Of a stretch of 64,000 bases of DNA, positions 19,887 through 30,243 are shown piece by piece. Position numbers and translations under genes: made by a program. Source of the stretch: an uncultured Gammaproteobacteria bacterium (GTDB lineage Bacteria > Actinomycetota > Acidimicrobiia > Spongiisociales > SHLN01); the NCBI GenBank assembly GCA_964195905.1, contig CAXMQV010000058.1, positions 21,865 through 85,864 on the forward strand. The letters run 5' to 3'. The notes below the pieces were generated by a model. The model was not told the origin of the DNA. It saw only the letters and a program-made list of their open reading frames with translations, and searched no databases. Within the stretch, counting starts at the first letter, position 1; every line of letters begins with the position of its first letter.

Positions 19887-21506
19887 ATGGCACTACGCGA
19901 AATGGCCATCCACCAGATGGACGGCGGGTCCTTTGATGTCCTCATCGTTGGGGGTGGGATCAACGGCGCCGTATCGGCCGCCGTCCTGGCCGGGCGGGGA
20001 GCCAGTGTGGCGCTGGTCGATCGAGGGGACTTTGGTGGTTTCACGAGCCAGGAATCCTCCAACCTCGTCTGGGGCGGGTTCAAGTACCTCGAGGGCTACG
20101 AGTTCTTCCTCGTTCGCAAGCTGTGCGTGTCGCGCAACCGGCTGATCAAGGCCTATCCGGACAACATCAAGCCGATCGGGTTCCTGGCGACGCTCGACAA
20201 GACGTCGCCGTTTCCTCCCTGGTTGGCGGCTCTCGGATCGCTGGCCTACTGGGCAATTGGGAGTTTCCGGACCCACCGGCCCCGGTACCTGTCGGCCAAG
20301 AAGATCGAGTCGATCGAGCCGGTCGTCGACACGACCGGCGCTCGGGGCGGGATCGAGTACTACGACGCCTATCTGCCCGACAACGACTCGCGCTTCGTGT
20401 TCAGCTTCATCCGATCGGCAATGGACGTCGGTGCTACCGCCGCCAACTACGTGGAACTGGTTGGGGCGGAACGCAACGACCGCGGGTGGCGAGCCACACT
20501 GCGGGACACCGAGAATGGGAGCGCCGAGATCACCTGCCAGGCGCGAGTCATCGTCAATGCGGCCGGGCCCTTCGTAGATGTTCTGAACGAGGACCTGGGC
20601 CCGCGTACCGGCCATCGGATTGTGTACTCAAAGGGCATCCACCTGGTGGTCCCGCGCCTCACCGAGCACGAGCGGGTGCTGGCCTTCTTCGACGACACCG
20701 GGCGCCTGTTCTACGTCATTCCGATGGGTCGACGGTCGGTTATCGGCACCACCGACACGAGGGTTGATACTCCGTACACCCGGGTGACCGAAGAGGACCG
20801 GGATTTCCTGCTCGCCCAGATCAACACCCGGCTCGACCTCGAGCGGCCCCTCTCCCCCGCCGACGTCATCGCCGATCGCTCAGGAGTCAGGCCGCTCGTG
20901 GTCAAGCGCGAAGGTGGCGATCAGACCGACGTCGACTGGACCAAGCTCTCTCGCAAGCACGAGGTCGAAGTAGACGGCGCCCGCCAGGTCATCACCCTGT
21001 TCGGGGGCAAGCTCACCGATTGCCTGAATATCGGGGAAGAAGTTGCCGAAGCGGTTGAGAAGCTTGGCGTCCCGCTCGAGGACGACACCGGCGGGTGGTA
21101 TGGCGAACCGGCTCCCGCCACCCGGGCCGAGTTCTATCGACAGGCCCGGCTCATGAAGCTCGACGACCTGCGCCACAAGCCCCAGGTTGAGTCATTGACA
21201 GACCGGCTGTGGCGGCGGTACGGCCGTCGAGCCTTCCAGATGCTCGACGCCATCGGGCACGACCCCACCATGGGTGAGGACATCATGAAGAGCGCCGACT
21301 ACTTGCGGGTCGAGCTCCATCTGGCGGCCCGTACCGAGATGGTGACAAAGCTGGAGGACTTCCTGCGGCGTCGGTCGAAGATCACCCAGGTGATCCCCGA
21401 GGAGGAAGTCCGTACCTCCGAAGGGCTGCGAGAGGTTGCCGAGATCCTGTTTGCAGAGCGGGCCGACGAGAAGCTGATCGAGTATTTCGGCGAGCTACCG
21501 GTTTAG
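19887..21506 (+). CDS. glpD: FAD-dependent glycerol-3-phosphate dehydrogenase
   Basis: DVLIVGGGINGAVSA FAD fold, 539 aa GlpD collinearity including C-terminal helical domain. Confidence 0.85.
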   Translation: MALREMAIHQMDGGSFDVLIVGGGINGAVSAAVLAGRGASVALVDRGDFGGFTSQESSNLVWGGFKYLEGYEFFLVRKLCVSRNRLIKAYPDNIKPIGFLATLDKTSPFPPWLAALGSLAYWAIGSFRTHRPRYLSAKKIESIEPVVDTTGARGGIEYYDAYLPDNDSRFVFSFIRSAMDVGATAANYVELVGAERNDRGWRATLRDTENGSAEITCQARVIVNAAGPFVDVLNEDLGPRTGHRIVYSKGIHLVVPRLTEHERVLAFFDDTGRLFYVIPMGRRSVIGTTDTRVDTPYTRVTEEDRDFLLAQINTRLDLERPLSPADVIADRSGVRPLVVKREGGDQTDVDWTKLSRKHEVEVDGARQVITLFGGKLTDCLNIGEEVAEAVEKLGVPLEDDTGGWYGEPAPATRAEFYRQARLMKLDDLRHKPQVESLTDRLWRRYGRRAFQMLDAIGHDPTMGEDIMKSADYLRVELHLAARTEMVTKLEDFLRRRSKITQVIPEEEVRTSEGLREVAEILFAERADEKLIEYFGELPV

Positions 21507-21515
21507 CCTGCGCCC

Positions 21516-22481
21516 GTGTCTGAAACCATGGTGACGTTGGACGATGTGGAAGATGCCGCCGACCGTCTGGCCGGGGTGGCCAACCGTACGCCGGTGCTGA
21601 CCAGTCGAACCCTCAACGACAGGGTTGGCGCCGAGGTGTATCTCAAGGCCGAATGCTTTCAGCGGACCGGCTCCTTCAAGTTCCGGGGGGCCTTCAACGC
21701 CATTGCCAGCCTTCCGGCCCTCGACCGGGCGCGTGGCGTCGCCACCTATTCATCGGGCAATCACGCCCAGGCGGTGGCGTTGGCCGCCGCCCTCCATGAC
21801 GTTCGGGCCGTCATCCTGATGCCGGAAGATGCTCCCGCTCTCAAGATTGCCGCCACCCGCGATTACGGAGCCAAGATCGTTACCTACGACCGGTACTCCG
21901 AGGAGCGGGACACCCTCGGCGATGCCCTGGCCCACGACCGGGGCATGACCCTGATACCGCCCTACAACCACTGGGATGTGATCGCCGGCCAGGGCACCAC
22001 GGCCCTCGAGCTCTTCGCCGAGGTGTCTCCCCTCGACACGCTCATGGTGTGCGTGGGCGGGGGCGGTCTCATCTCCGGCTGCGCCACCGTGGCCAAGGCA
22101 CAGGCTGCGCCGCCCCGCGTTGTCGGCGTCGAACCGGGAGCCGGTGATGACGCCCGACGTTCGCTGCAGGAGGGACGGATTGTCACTATCCCAACACCAC
22201 GAACGATCGCCGACGGACAGCAGACCACCTCTGTCGGTGAGCGGACCTTCGCCGTCATACAGGAGCGAGTCGATGACATAGTGACCGTGACCGACCCCGA
22301 GATTGTGTCGGCGATGCGGTTCGTCTTCGAACGCTTGAACGTGGTCCTCGAGCCGAGTGGCGCCTCAGCGCTGGCGGCCGTGATGGCCGGAAAGGTCGAT
22401 GTCACCGGTCAGCGAGTCGGCGTCACCCTGTCGGGTGGCAACATCGGCGTCGATCGGTTTGTCCGGTTGATGCAGTCCTAG
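21516..22481 (+). CDS. PLP-dependent threonine/serine dehydratase
   Basis: PLP lysine motif ECFQRTGSFKFRGA, glycine-rich loop VCVGGGGLISG; 321 aa (catabolic-type, no ACT domains). Confidence 0.8.
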   Translation: MSETMVTLDDVEDAADRLAGVANRTPVLTSRTLNDRVGAEVYLKAECFQRTGSFKFRGAFNAIASLPALDRARGVATYSSGNHAQAVALAAALHDVRAVILMPEDAPALKIAATRDYGAKIVTYDRYSEERDTLGDALAHDRGMTLIPPYNHWDVIAGQGTTALELFAEVSPLDTLMVCVGGGGLISGCATVAKAQAAPPRVVGVEPGAGDDARRSLQEGRIVTIPTPRTIADGQQTTSVGERTFAVIQERVDDIVTVTDPEIVSAMRFVFERLNVVLEPSGASALAAVMAGKVDVTGQRVGVTLSGGNIGVDRFVRLMQS

Positions 22482-22553
22482 CCGGCCGGCAGAGGCTGCC
22501 GCAACCGGGCGGAGGCGGCGTGGAGGTCCCGGCGGGTTCGATCCTCCACATGG

Positions 22554-22916
22554 TCACGCCTCAAGCGCCATCGACCGCTCGGCGATGGCCGTCGCATCCT
22601 CCAGGGCGGCGCGCCCGACCCGGCGCATGATCACTGCGCCCGTGCCGTCGACTACCACCGCCACCGGAAGCGACCGAATGGGAGGGCCGGGAAGATCGAG
22701 TGACCCGATCTCAGCGAGCCGTGGCTCAACGCCGGCCCGGCGGATCGCATCGGCGACCGGCCCGCACAGCCTGCACCCCGGTCCGGTGAACAGTGTCACC
22801 CCGGCCGGTAGCGGGAGCATGGCCGGTCCGCGGCGCCGCTGCCAGATGGCAACGCCGAGCCAGGCACCACCGCCTACGAGGGCAAGAATCAGCAGTCGGA
22901 CGAGCTGCAGCTCCAT
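22554..22916 (-). CDS. membrane-anchored glutaredoxin/thioredoxin-like protein
   Basis: N-terminal TM then FTGPGCRLCGP CxxC active-site motif. Confidence 0.45.
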   Translation of the reverse strand: MELQLVRLLILALVGGGAWLGVAIWQRRRGPAMLPLPAGVTLFTGPGCRLCGPVADAIRRAGVEPRLAEIGSLDLPGPPIRSLPVAVVVDGTGAVIMRRVGRAALEDATAIAERSMALEA

Positions 22917-23309
22917 TTAGCCGGTAACCCGCTGGAAGATGATGCACCCAACGCAGATTTGTGTCGTCGCTGCCAGCAGCCCAAGGGCGAAGACGCCCAG
23001 AGCGATCAGCCACCCCGCCACCGAGAACCCGGCCAGAAGCAAAACGCTCGACCCGGTGAGAAACAGGAAACCGAGCAACTGGGCGAAGCGGGGCGGATCG
23101 GCCGGTTCGGTTTCAATCGGTCCTGCCAAAAGGGGCCGGATCAAACGCCCATAGGCTCGTGTGAAGGCGCCCCACCTGGGTCCCCCGAATCGAGTCGCCC
23201 CGAGGACCACCGCCGTCGCGGCCACGAGCGGCCACCACTGGAGAACGAAAGCGATTCCCACCAGGAGGGCCACCATCGCCTGGTTGAAGCGCGGAACGTT
23301 GACGTCGAC
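22917..23309 (-). CDS. DUF4395-family membrane protein
   Basis: VPRFNQAMVALLVGIAF...LLAATTQICVGCIIFQ hydrophobic pattern; GTG start chosen 12 nt after metZ stop. The 113-codon Arg-rich extension is rejected. Confidence 0.4.
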   Translation of the reverse strand, partial: VDVNVPRFNQAMVALLVGIAFVLQWWPLVAATAVVLGATRFGGPRWGAFTRAYGRLIRPLLAGPIETEPADPPRFAQLLGFLFLTGSSVLLLAGFSVAGWLIALGVFALGLLAATTQICVGCIIFQRVTG

Positions 23310-23320
23310 TCGGGTGGTGC

Positions 23321-24487
23321 TCACAGGCGCCCCAGTGCGGTCGTCAGATCCTCGATCAAATCCTCGACATCTTCGAGGCCGACCGACACCCGGATGACGC
23401 CGTCGGTGATTCCAACGGCGGCTCGCGCCTCGGGGCCAATGCGCCGGTGGGTGGTTGTGGCCGGATGAGTGATCAGCGACTTGCTGTCGCCCAGGTTGTT
23501 CGAAATGTCGATGATTCGGGTGCCGTTTAGGACTCCGAATGCGGCCTCCTTGCCTCCGGCGACCTCGAAGGTCACCACCGTGCCGCCTCCCGCCATCTGT
23601 TTGGCGGCGAGATCGGCTTGCGGGTGCGAGGGGAGGTCTGGATACCACACCCGATTCACCCCGGCTGCCCCCTCGAGTGCGCCGGCCACCGCCCGCGCCG
23701 ACGCCGTCTGGTGTCGTACCCGCAGCGCCAGCGTCTCGAGACTCTTGACAAGCACCCAGGCGTTGAAGGGACTCAGCGTCGGACCGGTGTGGCGCATGAA
23801 CGGTTTGAGCCGGTCCTCGACGTACTCGGCGCTCCCGAGGATCGCCCCGCCCATCGTCCTGCCCTGGCCATCGATGTGCTTGGTTGTCGAGTACACGACC
23901 ACATCGGCACCGAGCTCGAGAGGCTTTTGAAGGATCGGCGTGGCGAAGACGTTGTCAACCACCACGGTGGCCCCGGCGGCATGCGCCAGTTCGGAAACGG
24001 CTGCCACATCCACCAGGCCCTGCATCGGGTTCGAGGGAGTTTCGAAGAACACCACTTTGGCGGGTGTGGCCAGGGCCTGTTCCCACTCTTCGAGCGAGGC
24101 ACCGTTCACGAAGTCGGTTTGGATCCCCCAGCGTGGGAGTAGCTCGTCGAGGATGACAAAGCACGACCCGAAGAGCTCGCGGGAGGCGACCACCCGATCT
24201 CCTTGCTCGAGCAACGCCGCCATCGACCAGAACACCGCCGCCATGCCCGAGGCCGTCGACCACACGCCCCCGGCCCCCTCGAGGATTCGCAGACGCTCTT
24301 CGAACATCGTCACGGTGGGGTTGCCGTACCGCGAATACAGGTAGTGATCTACGTCGCCGGCGAACGAAGCTTCCGCCTGCTCGGCCGACTCGTACACGTA
24401 GCCCGAGGTGAGAAAGAGCGCTTCGGCGGTCTCATCGAACCCTGAGCGCGTGAGCCCTCCCCGTACCAGCTGGGTGTCCTGTCTCAT
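23321..24487 (-). CDS. metZ: O-succinylhomoserine sulfhydrylase / cystathionine gamma-synthase (PLP)
   Basis: Cys/Met-metabolism PLP family collinearity; PLP lysine region YSTTKHIDGQGR; RBS GAGGAG. Confidence 0.85.
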   Translation of the reverse strand: MRQDTQLVRGGLTRSGFDETAEALFLTSGYVYESAEQAEASFAGDVDHYLYSRYGNPTVTMFEERLRILEGAGGVWSTASGMAAVFWSMAALLEQGDRVVASRELFGSCFVILDELLPRWGIQTDFVNGASLEEWEQALATPAKVVFFETPSNPMQGLVDVAAVSELAHAAGATVVVDNVFATPILQKPLELGADVVVYSTTKHIDGQGRTMGGAILGSAEYVEDRLKPFMRHTGPTLSPFNAWVLVKSLETLALRVRHQTASARAVAGALEGAAGVNRVWYPDLPSHPQADLAAKQMAGGGTVVTFEVAGGKEAAFGVLNGTRIIDISNNLGDSKSLITHPATTTHRRIGPEARAAVGITDGVIRVSVGLEDVEDLIEDLTTALGRL

Positions 24488-24736
24488 TTCGTACTCCTCT
24501 TCATCACGGGATCGGTGATTCGGTCCTGGTGCATTGGCTGTCAGACGAAGGGCTGGTGGCTCTCGAGGTGGTTCGTCTGGTCAGGAGTGCGAGGCATAGG
24601 CGCCGGCACCCGGGTGGCCCACCCGAGAGCATTCACAGCGACACATATGCCAGGTCATGGTGGGGGAAGTTACTCCTCCCGGACAGAGAACGCAATGTCT
24701 CAACCACGGCTGAGGCTACGATGATCGAGACAACGA

Positions 24737-24832
24737 AGCGTTTATCACGAGCGGTGGAGGGACAGGCCCTTTGAAACCGCGGCAACCGGCCCTCAGGCAC
24801 GGTGCCAATGCCTGATCGATGAGCTGCCACCG
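24737..24832 (+). promoter_or_regulatory. SAM-I (S-box) riboswitch aptamer in the metH leader
   Basis: tTATCAcGAGcGGtGGAGGGAcaGGCCCtttGAAaCCgcGGCAACC ... GGTGCcAAtgCCTG matches the S-box core (AUCAAGAGNGGNGGAGGGA-GGCCC-UGAA-CC-GGCAACC ... GGUGCUAA-CC); 60 nt further lies a GAGCGG/CCGCTC hairpin that can alternatively pair with the GGAGGGAC element, then AGGAG RBS and metH ATG. Confidence 0.65.
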
Positions 24833-24893
24833 AGCGGTCCCCTCCGCTCGAGGCGCTCCGTGAGCGTTTCGAGAAACGAGGAGTTATGACCGA

Positions 24894-27800
24894 ATGCGAG
24901 CACACAACGTGAGTTCTTACCTGGACGCCGTTCATTCCGGCTCGGTCGTCATCCTCGACGGCGCCACCGGCACATCGCTCCAGGGATTCGATCTCTCTCT
25001 AGACGATTTCGGTGGGCCCGCCTTCGAGGGGTGCAACGAATTGCTGAGCGTGACCCGGCCGGACGTCATCGAGACCGTTCACCGGTCCTTCTTCGAGGTT
25101 GGCGTCGACGTCACCGAGACCAACACGTTCGGAACCTTCCCGGTGCCCCTCGGCGAGTACGGGATCGCAGATCGAACCTACGAGCTGGCGGCCGCCGCCA
25201 CGGCGATTGCCCGTCGCGTGACCGACGAATTCATTGCCCGGGATGGGCGTCCCCGCTGGGTGGCCGGGTCGATGGGACCGGGCACCAAGTTCGCCTCCCT
25301 CGGCCAGATACCGTACGCCGAGCTCCGCGATGGGTACGAGATCGAGGCCGCCGCCCTTCTCGATGCCGGTTGTGACTTCATCCTCATCGAGACCCAATTC
25401 GACCTGCTGGGGGTGAAGGCCGCCATGAACGGGGCTCGCCGGGCGATGGCTCATTCAGGGCGAGACGTGCCGCTCCAGGTGCAGGTGACGATCGAGCTAA
25501 CCGGCCGGATGCTTCCGGGCACCGAGATTGGTGCCGCCCTCACGACCATCGACGCCATGGGGGCCGACGTGGTGGGGATCAATTGCGCAACCGGCCCGGC
25601 CGAGATGTATGAGCCCCTCCGCTACCTGTCTGAGAACTCGCGGATGCCGATCTCGGTGATCCCCAATGCCGGGCTGCCTCAGGTGGTCGACGGTGAGATG
25701 GCCTATGACCTGACCTCCGAGGCTCTGGCCGGCCACCTCGAGGCGTTTGTCAATGAGTTCGGGGTGCACGTCATCGGCGGGTGCTGCGGGACCACCCCTG
25801 CCCATCTGAAAGCCGTAGTTGACCGGTGTCGGCCCCTGACGCCCGCCCCACGCACCCCCATCCATACTCCCGCCGCCGCATCTACGTATTCGAGCGTTCC
25901 GTTTCGGCAGGACACGTCGTTCCTCATCATCGGTGAGCGCACCAATGCCAACGGCTCGCGGGCATTCCGGGATGCGCTGCTGGAGGAAGACGTCGACGCC
26001 TGCATCAGCATTGCCGAAGCCCAGGTCACCGAATCGGCCCACCTGCTCGACCTGTGCGTTGACTATGTCGGGCGCGACGGCGTGGCCGACATGAACCTGC
26101 TCGGCGGTCGTTTCGCGACCGAGATCACGGTTCCCATCGTCCTCGACTCCACCGAACCGGAGGTGATGGAGGCTGGCCTCGAGTTGATCGGCGGGCGCAG
26201 CGTCCTGAATTCGGCCAACCTGGAGGAGGGCGATGCGCCCGGATCCCGCCTCGACCGGGTGTTCCAACTTGCCAGGGAACACGGTGCCGCCGTCATCTGC
26301 CTCCTCATCGACGAGAAGGGCCAGGCCCGGACGCTCGATTGGAAGCTCGAGATCGCTCATCGCATCCACGATCTCGCCGTCAACCGGTACGGACTGGAGC
26401 CATCCGATCTCATCTTCGACCCGCTGACGTTCCCGCTCAGCACCGGCGGCGACGATCTGCGGCGTGACGCCATCGCCACCATCGAGGCCGTCACTCGAAT
26501 CAAGGCCGAGCTTCCGGGGGTCTCCACCGTTCTGGGAGTCTCCAATGTATCGTTCGGCCTCTCCCCCGTCTCCCGCCGGGTGCTGAACTCAGTGTTCCTC
26601 CATGAGTGCGTGGAAGCCGGCCTCGACTCCGCCATCATCCACGCCGGCAAGCTGCTCCCCCTCAACAAGATTCCCGACGAGCAGCGCCGGGTGTGCCTTG
26701 ATCTCATCTACGACCGGCGCCGCGAGGGATACGACCCGCTCGAGGCGTTGCTGGAGATGTTCGCCGATGTCGTCGTCGAAGCCGCCGAGGTGGAGGACCG
26801 GAGCGGCTGGCCGGTCGAGCGGCGCTTGCGGGAGCGCATCGTGGACGGTTCCCGGCCCGGTATCGAGGACGACCTGGACGAAGCCCTCGCATCCGGGATC
26901 GGCCCACTCGCCATCATCAACGACATCCTGCTGTCGGGGATGAAAACGGTCGGCGAGCTATTCGCGTCTGGAGAAATGCAACTGCCGTTCGTGCTCCGAT
27001 CGGCCGAAACGATGAAGGCCTCAGTCGCCTATCTGGAACCGAAGATGGCGAAGGAAGAGTCGAGCACCCGGGGCTCGATCGTGCTGGCGACGGTGCGGGG
27101 CGACGTCCACGACATCGGCAAGAACCTGGTCGACATCATCCTCACCAACAACGGCTTCGAGGTCCACAATCTCGGCATCAAGGTCGACATCGACGACATG
27201 GTCCGGACGTTCCAGGAGGTGGAGGCCGACGCCATCGGCATGAGCGGATTGCTCGTCAAGAGCACCCTCATCATGAAGGACAACCTCGACGAACTGACCC
27301 GTCGCGATCTCAGCCACATTCCCATCCTGCTGGGCGGGGCCGCTCTCACCCGTTCATACGTCGAGGATCAGCTCCAGGATCGGTACCAGGGCCGGGTCTA
27401 CTACGGGAAGGACGCCTTTGCGGGCCTCGACGCCATGCAATACATCGTCGCCGGGGAAGCGGGCCCGGAACCCGAGCGGCTGCGGGGCCGCCAGCTTCCC
27501 GCTCGCTCGTCCGAGCCCGAAACGCCGCAACCCGTTGCGCGGCCGGCCCGCGCCCCATCGGTTGGCGTCGACAACGAAGTCTTCGTCCCGCCCTTCACCG
27601 GGAGCCGGGTCGTCAAGGGCATCCCGATCGATGACGTGGCGGCCTACCTCAATGAGACCGCCCTCTTCCGCAACCAGTGGCAGTACCGACCTGAGGCCGG
27701 CGAAACGGATGCCGACTTCAAGGCCCGGCTCCGCTCAATGCTCCGGGAGCAGCTGGCGGCGGCGCGGGCCGACGATCTTCTGACGCCCCAGCTTGTCTAC

Positions 27801-28397
27801 GGCTACTTCCCCGCCAACGGCGACGGCGATGACCTCGTCATCTGGGAGGACGCCGATCGAACTCGGGAGCAGGCCCGGTTTTCGTTCCCCCGTCAACCCG
27901 AGGATCCGTTTCTTTGCATCGCCGATTTCTTCCGTCCGATGGACGCCGGAGTCGATTATGCGGCCTTTCACCTCGTTTCGATTGGGTCACGAGTCTCGGA
28001 GCGAACCGCCGAGCTGTTCGCGGCCGACCGCTACAACGACTATTTGCTCCTCCACGGGCTCGGGGTCGAGATGGCCGAGGCGCTGGCCGAGTACTGGCAC
28101 AAGCGGATTCGGACCGAGTGGGGGTTCGTCGATGAGGACGGGCCGTCGCTGGGCGGCCTCTTCAAGCAGCAATATCGGGGCGGCCGCTACTCGTGGGGCT
28201 ATCCGGCCTGTCCCGACCTTGAGGACAATGAGACGGTGGCGACGCTGCTGGGTGCCGACCGGATCGGCATCACCGTCGGCGAAGAAACCGGCTATCAATA
28301 CCAACCCGAGCAGTCGACGTCGGCACTGATCTGCCACCATCCCCAGGCCAAGTACTTCATCGCCAAGACCCGCCGCCAAATGCGGGGTGAGGAGTAG
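24894..28397 (+). CDS. metH: cobalamin-dependent methionine synthase
   Basis: 1167 aa; Hcy-binding, pterin-binding, B12-cap/DxHxxG (GDVHDIGKN) and AdoMet-activation modules all present. Confidence 0.9.
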   Translation: MRAHNVSSYLDAVHSGSVVILDGATGTSLQGFDLSLDDFGGPAFEGCNELLSVTRPDVIETVHRSFFEVGVDVTETNTFGTFPVPLGEYGIADRTYELAAAATAIARRVTDEFIARDGRPRWVAGSMGPGTKFASLGQIPYAELRDGYEIEAAALLDAGCDFILIETQFDLLGVKAAMNGARRAMAHSGRDVPLQVQVTIELTGRMLPGTEIGAALTTIDAMGADVVGINCATGPAEMYEPLRYLSENSRMPISVIPNAGLPQVVDGEMAYDLTSEALAGHLEAFVNEFGVHVIGGCCGTTPAHLKAVVDRCRPLTPAPRTPIHTPAAASTYSSVPFRQDTSFLIIGERTNANGSRAFRDALLEEDVDACISIAEAQVTESAHLLDLCVDYVGRDGVADMNLLGGRFATEITVPIVLDSTEPEVMEAGLELIGGRSVLNSANLEEGDAPGSRLDRVFQLAREHGAAVICLLIDEKGQARTLDWKLEIAHRIHDLAVNRYGLEPSDLIFDPLTFPLSTGGDDLRRDAIATIEAVTRIKAELPGVSTVLGVSNVSFGLSPVSRRVLNSVFLHECVEAGLDSAIIHAGKLLPLNKIPDEQRRVCLDLIYDRRREGYDPLEALLEMFADVVVEAAEVEDRSGWPVERRLRERIVDGSRPGIEDDLDEALASGIGPLAIINDILLSGMKTVGELFASGEMQLPFVLRSAETMKASVAYLEPKMAKEESSTRGSIVLATVRGDVHDIGKNLVDIILTNNGFEVHNLGIKVDIDDMVRTFQEVEADAIGMSGLLVKSTLIMKDNLDELTRRDLSHIPILLGGAALTRSYVEDQLQDRYQGRVYYGKDAFAGLDAMQYIVAGEAGPEPERLRGRQLPARSSEPETPQPVARPARAPSVGVDNEVFVPPFTGSRVVKGIPIDDVAAYLNETALFRNQWQYRPEAGETDADFKARLRSMLREQLAAARADDLLTPQLVYGYFPANGDGDDLVIWEDADRTREQARFSFPRQPEDPFLCIADFFRPMDAGVDYAAFHLVSIGSRVSERTAELFAADRYNDYLLLHGLGVEMAEALAEYWHKRIRTEWGFVDEDGPSLGGLFKQQYRGGRYSWGYPACPDLEDNETVATLLGADRIGITVGEETGYQYQPEQSTSALICHHPQAKYFIAKTRRQMRGEE

Positions 28398-28456
28398 TGG
28401 GGAACCACGCTTGCCAACGCGAGCGTCTCAGCGCCGAGTAGAACACAGAGGACACC

Positions 28457-29254
28457 ATGACATCTCGCGCCACACCGATCCGGGCCATTGCAGTCGCTGC
28501 AGCCCTCGCGCTCGTGGCGGCCGCCTGCGGGGGCGACGACTCCTCCGATGCCACCGAGACGACCGCCTCACCGGCCACCACCACGACTGTGGCCGCGGCC
28601 ACCACCACGACGACGGCAGTAGCCACCTCGACCACCACCCCGACCACGGTGCCCGGTCCAACAACCACCACCCTGCCGGGCGAGCCAATCGACATCGGGC
28701 CGGCCTCAGGAGATGTTCTGAGCGTCGTCGCCGTCGCCTTCGACGATGTCCTCAATCTGCGAGCCGGACCGGGTACCGACTTCGAGGTTCTCAAGAAGAT
28801 GCCGGCCCGCTATGACCGGGTTATCGCCAACGGCCGGGCTCAGGCGCTCCCGAATTCGATCTGGTACGAGGTAACCGCCCTCGGCGTGACCGGATGGGCC
28901 AGCTCCACCTATCTGGCGCCGCTCGGCTCAACCGACGACATCACCTCACAGATCATCGCCAAGCTGGGTGAAACACCGATCGCCGAGACCATGACCGAAC
29001 TCGGTCTCATCGTTGCCGAGTCCTACCCCGCCACCGAACGCCCGCTCAGGGTGCGCATGTCGGGCGAGCCGAGTGTCGGTGATCTCGGTGAGGTGATCTA
29101 CGACGTGGTCGGATTCGCCGATGATTCGGTGCGGGGTCTGCGCCTCCACGTTTTTGGGCAGCCGACCGATAGCGGCGACGGGTTCTCGCTCAAGAGCGTC
29201 GAGGCCACATCGCTGTGTGCCCGCGGTGTTACCGACGACGGGCTCTGCATCTAG
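28457..29254 (+). CDS. lipoprotein with Thr-rich linker and SH3b-like domain
   Basis: LVAAACGG lipobox, TTTT linker, VLNLRAGPGTDFEVL...WYEV...GWASSTYL bacterial SH3 pattern. Confidence 0.55.
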   Translation: MTSRATPIRAIAVAAALALVAAACGGDDSSDATETTASPATTTTVAAATTTTTAVATSTTTPTTVPGPTTTTLPGEPIDIGPASGDVLSVVAVAFDDVLNLRAGPGTDFEVLKKMPARYDRVIANGRAQALPNSIWYEVTALGVTGWASSTYLAPLGSTDDITSQIIAKLGETPIAETMTELGLIVAESYPATERPLRVRMSGEPSVGDLGEVIYDVVGFADDSVRGLRLHVFGQPTDSGDGFSLKSVEATSLCARGVTDDGLCI

Positions 29255-30243
29255 GGCAGCAGGATTTGCCAGTCCCCGGCGATGGCAGGCAGCACCGCGT
29301 CGGCCAGCCGGTAGCCGCCGTTCCAGGTGTAGTGGGCGCCATCGGCGTAACGCATGTGCTTGCCGTCCAGGTAGTTGTTGAACTGGCCGTTCTCGTCTTT
29401 GAATAGGTCGAAGGCCGGAATGAACGTCACGCTGGGACGAAGAGCGGCCTCTGATTCATACGCCGCATTCATCTTGAGGACGTTGGCCGTGAACGTTTCT
29501 GACTCCATGATTGGGAGCCCGACCCAATAGACCCGCTCGGTCCCCGTCACCAGGATGTCCATCATCTCGGCCACCCGAATGGCATAGAGATCGACCCATG
29601 CATCGGTCCCCAGGTCGAATCGTTCACCTCCGATGGCCACGGTCTGGGCGTCGTTGCCGCCGAACTGGACGACGACAGCATCCGGTTTCACCTCCGGGAG
29701 CTGCTCGGCGACGTAGGCCGGCCAGTCGAAGTAGTCAGGACGGCTCAGGCCCGAGATGAAGCGAAAGTCGACGGTGGCGTCGATCACTCCGGTGTCGGCG
29801 CTTCGATTGACGAGGGCGGGCCCGAACAGCTCGACGAATGAGTCACCGATGATCCAGAGATTCAGCGGAGCCGTATTCGTGACCGGCCGCAGAGCCGGGA
29901 GCACTGTGGTTGTAGTAGTGGCCTCAGGGGCGACGGGGAGCGTGGTCGTGGTGGTGGCAATGGCGATGCTCGTGTCGCGACGCGGGCCGCCCCGTCCGAG
30001 GGCGTCGTCAACCGTCTCACGTGGAACGTCGAGCTGAAGGAATGAGCTCACCGACGCCAGCGGCTCGGCGAACGCCAGGCCCACGCTGCGGCTCGTCCCG
30101 AGCTCCTGCGTTTCAGCGGTGCGCAGGATCGCCTGGGCATTGAGCAAGGCGCCACCCAGCAATGCCACCACCATCACGATCAGGACATGGCCGGCCGCCA
30201 GCGGGCGGGGCTGCGGCGTCGGGGTGGGCTGGGTAGCGGTCAT
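29251..30243 (-). CDS. SGNH/GDSL hydrolase-family protein (signal-anchored)
   Basis: Block I IIGDSFV, block III FGGNDA, C-terminal DxxH-like region; TM anchor + Thr-rich linker. Confidence 0.6.
   Translation of the reverse strand: MTATQPTPTPQPRPLAAGHVLIVMVVALLGGALLNAQAILRTAETQELGTSRSVGLAFAEPLASVSSFLQLDVPRETVDDALGRGGPRRDTSIAIATTTTTLPVAPEATTTTTVLPALRPVTNTAPLNLWIIGDSFVELFGPALVNRSADTGVIDATVDFRFISGLSRPDYFDWPAYVAEQLPEVKPDAVVVQFGGNDAQTVAIGGERFDLGTDAWVDLYAIRVAEMMDILVTGTERVYWVGLPIMESETFTANVLKMNAAYESEAALRPSVTFIPAFDLFKDENGQFNNYLDGKHMRYADGAHYTWNGGYRLADAVLPAIAGDWQILLP

Noticed and set aside
24588-24700. Possible second (SAM-IV-like) element upstream of the S-box: GGTCAGGAGTGC ... GCCGGCACCC ... GGTCATGGTGGGGG
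   Set aside because: Shares short words with the SAM-IV consensus, but the P1 partner (CTCCTGACC) is absent and the element order is scrambled. Kept only as a note for a cmsearch.
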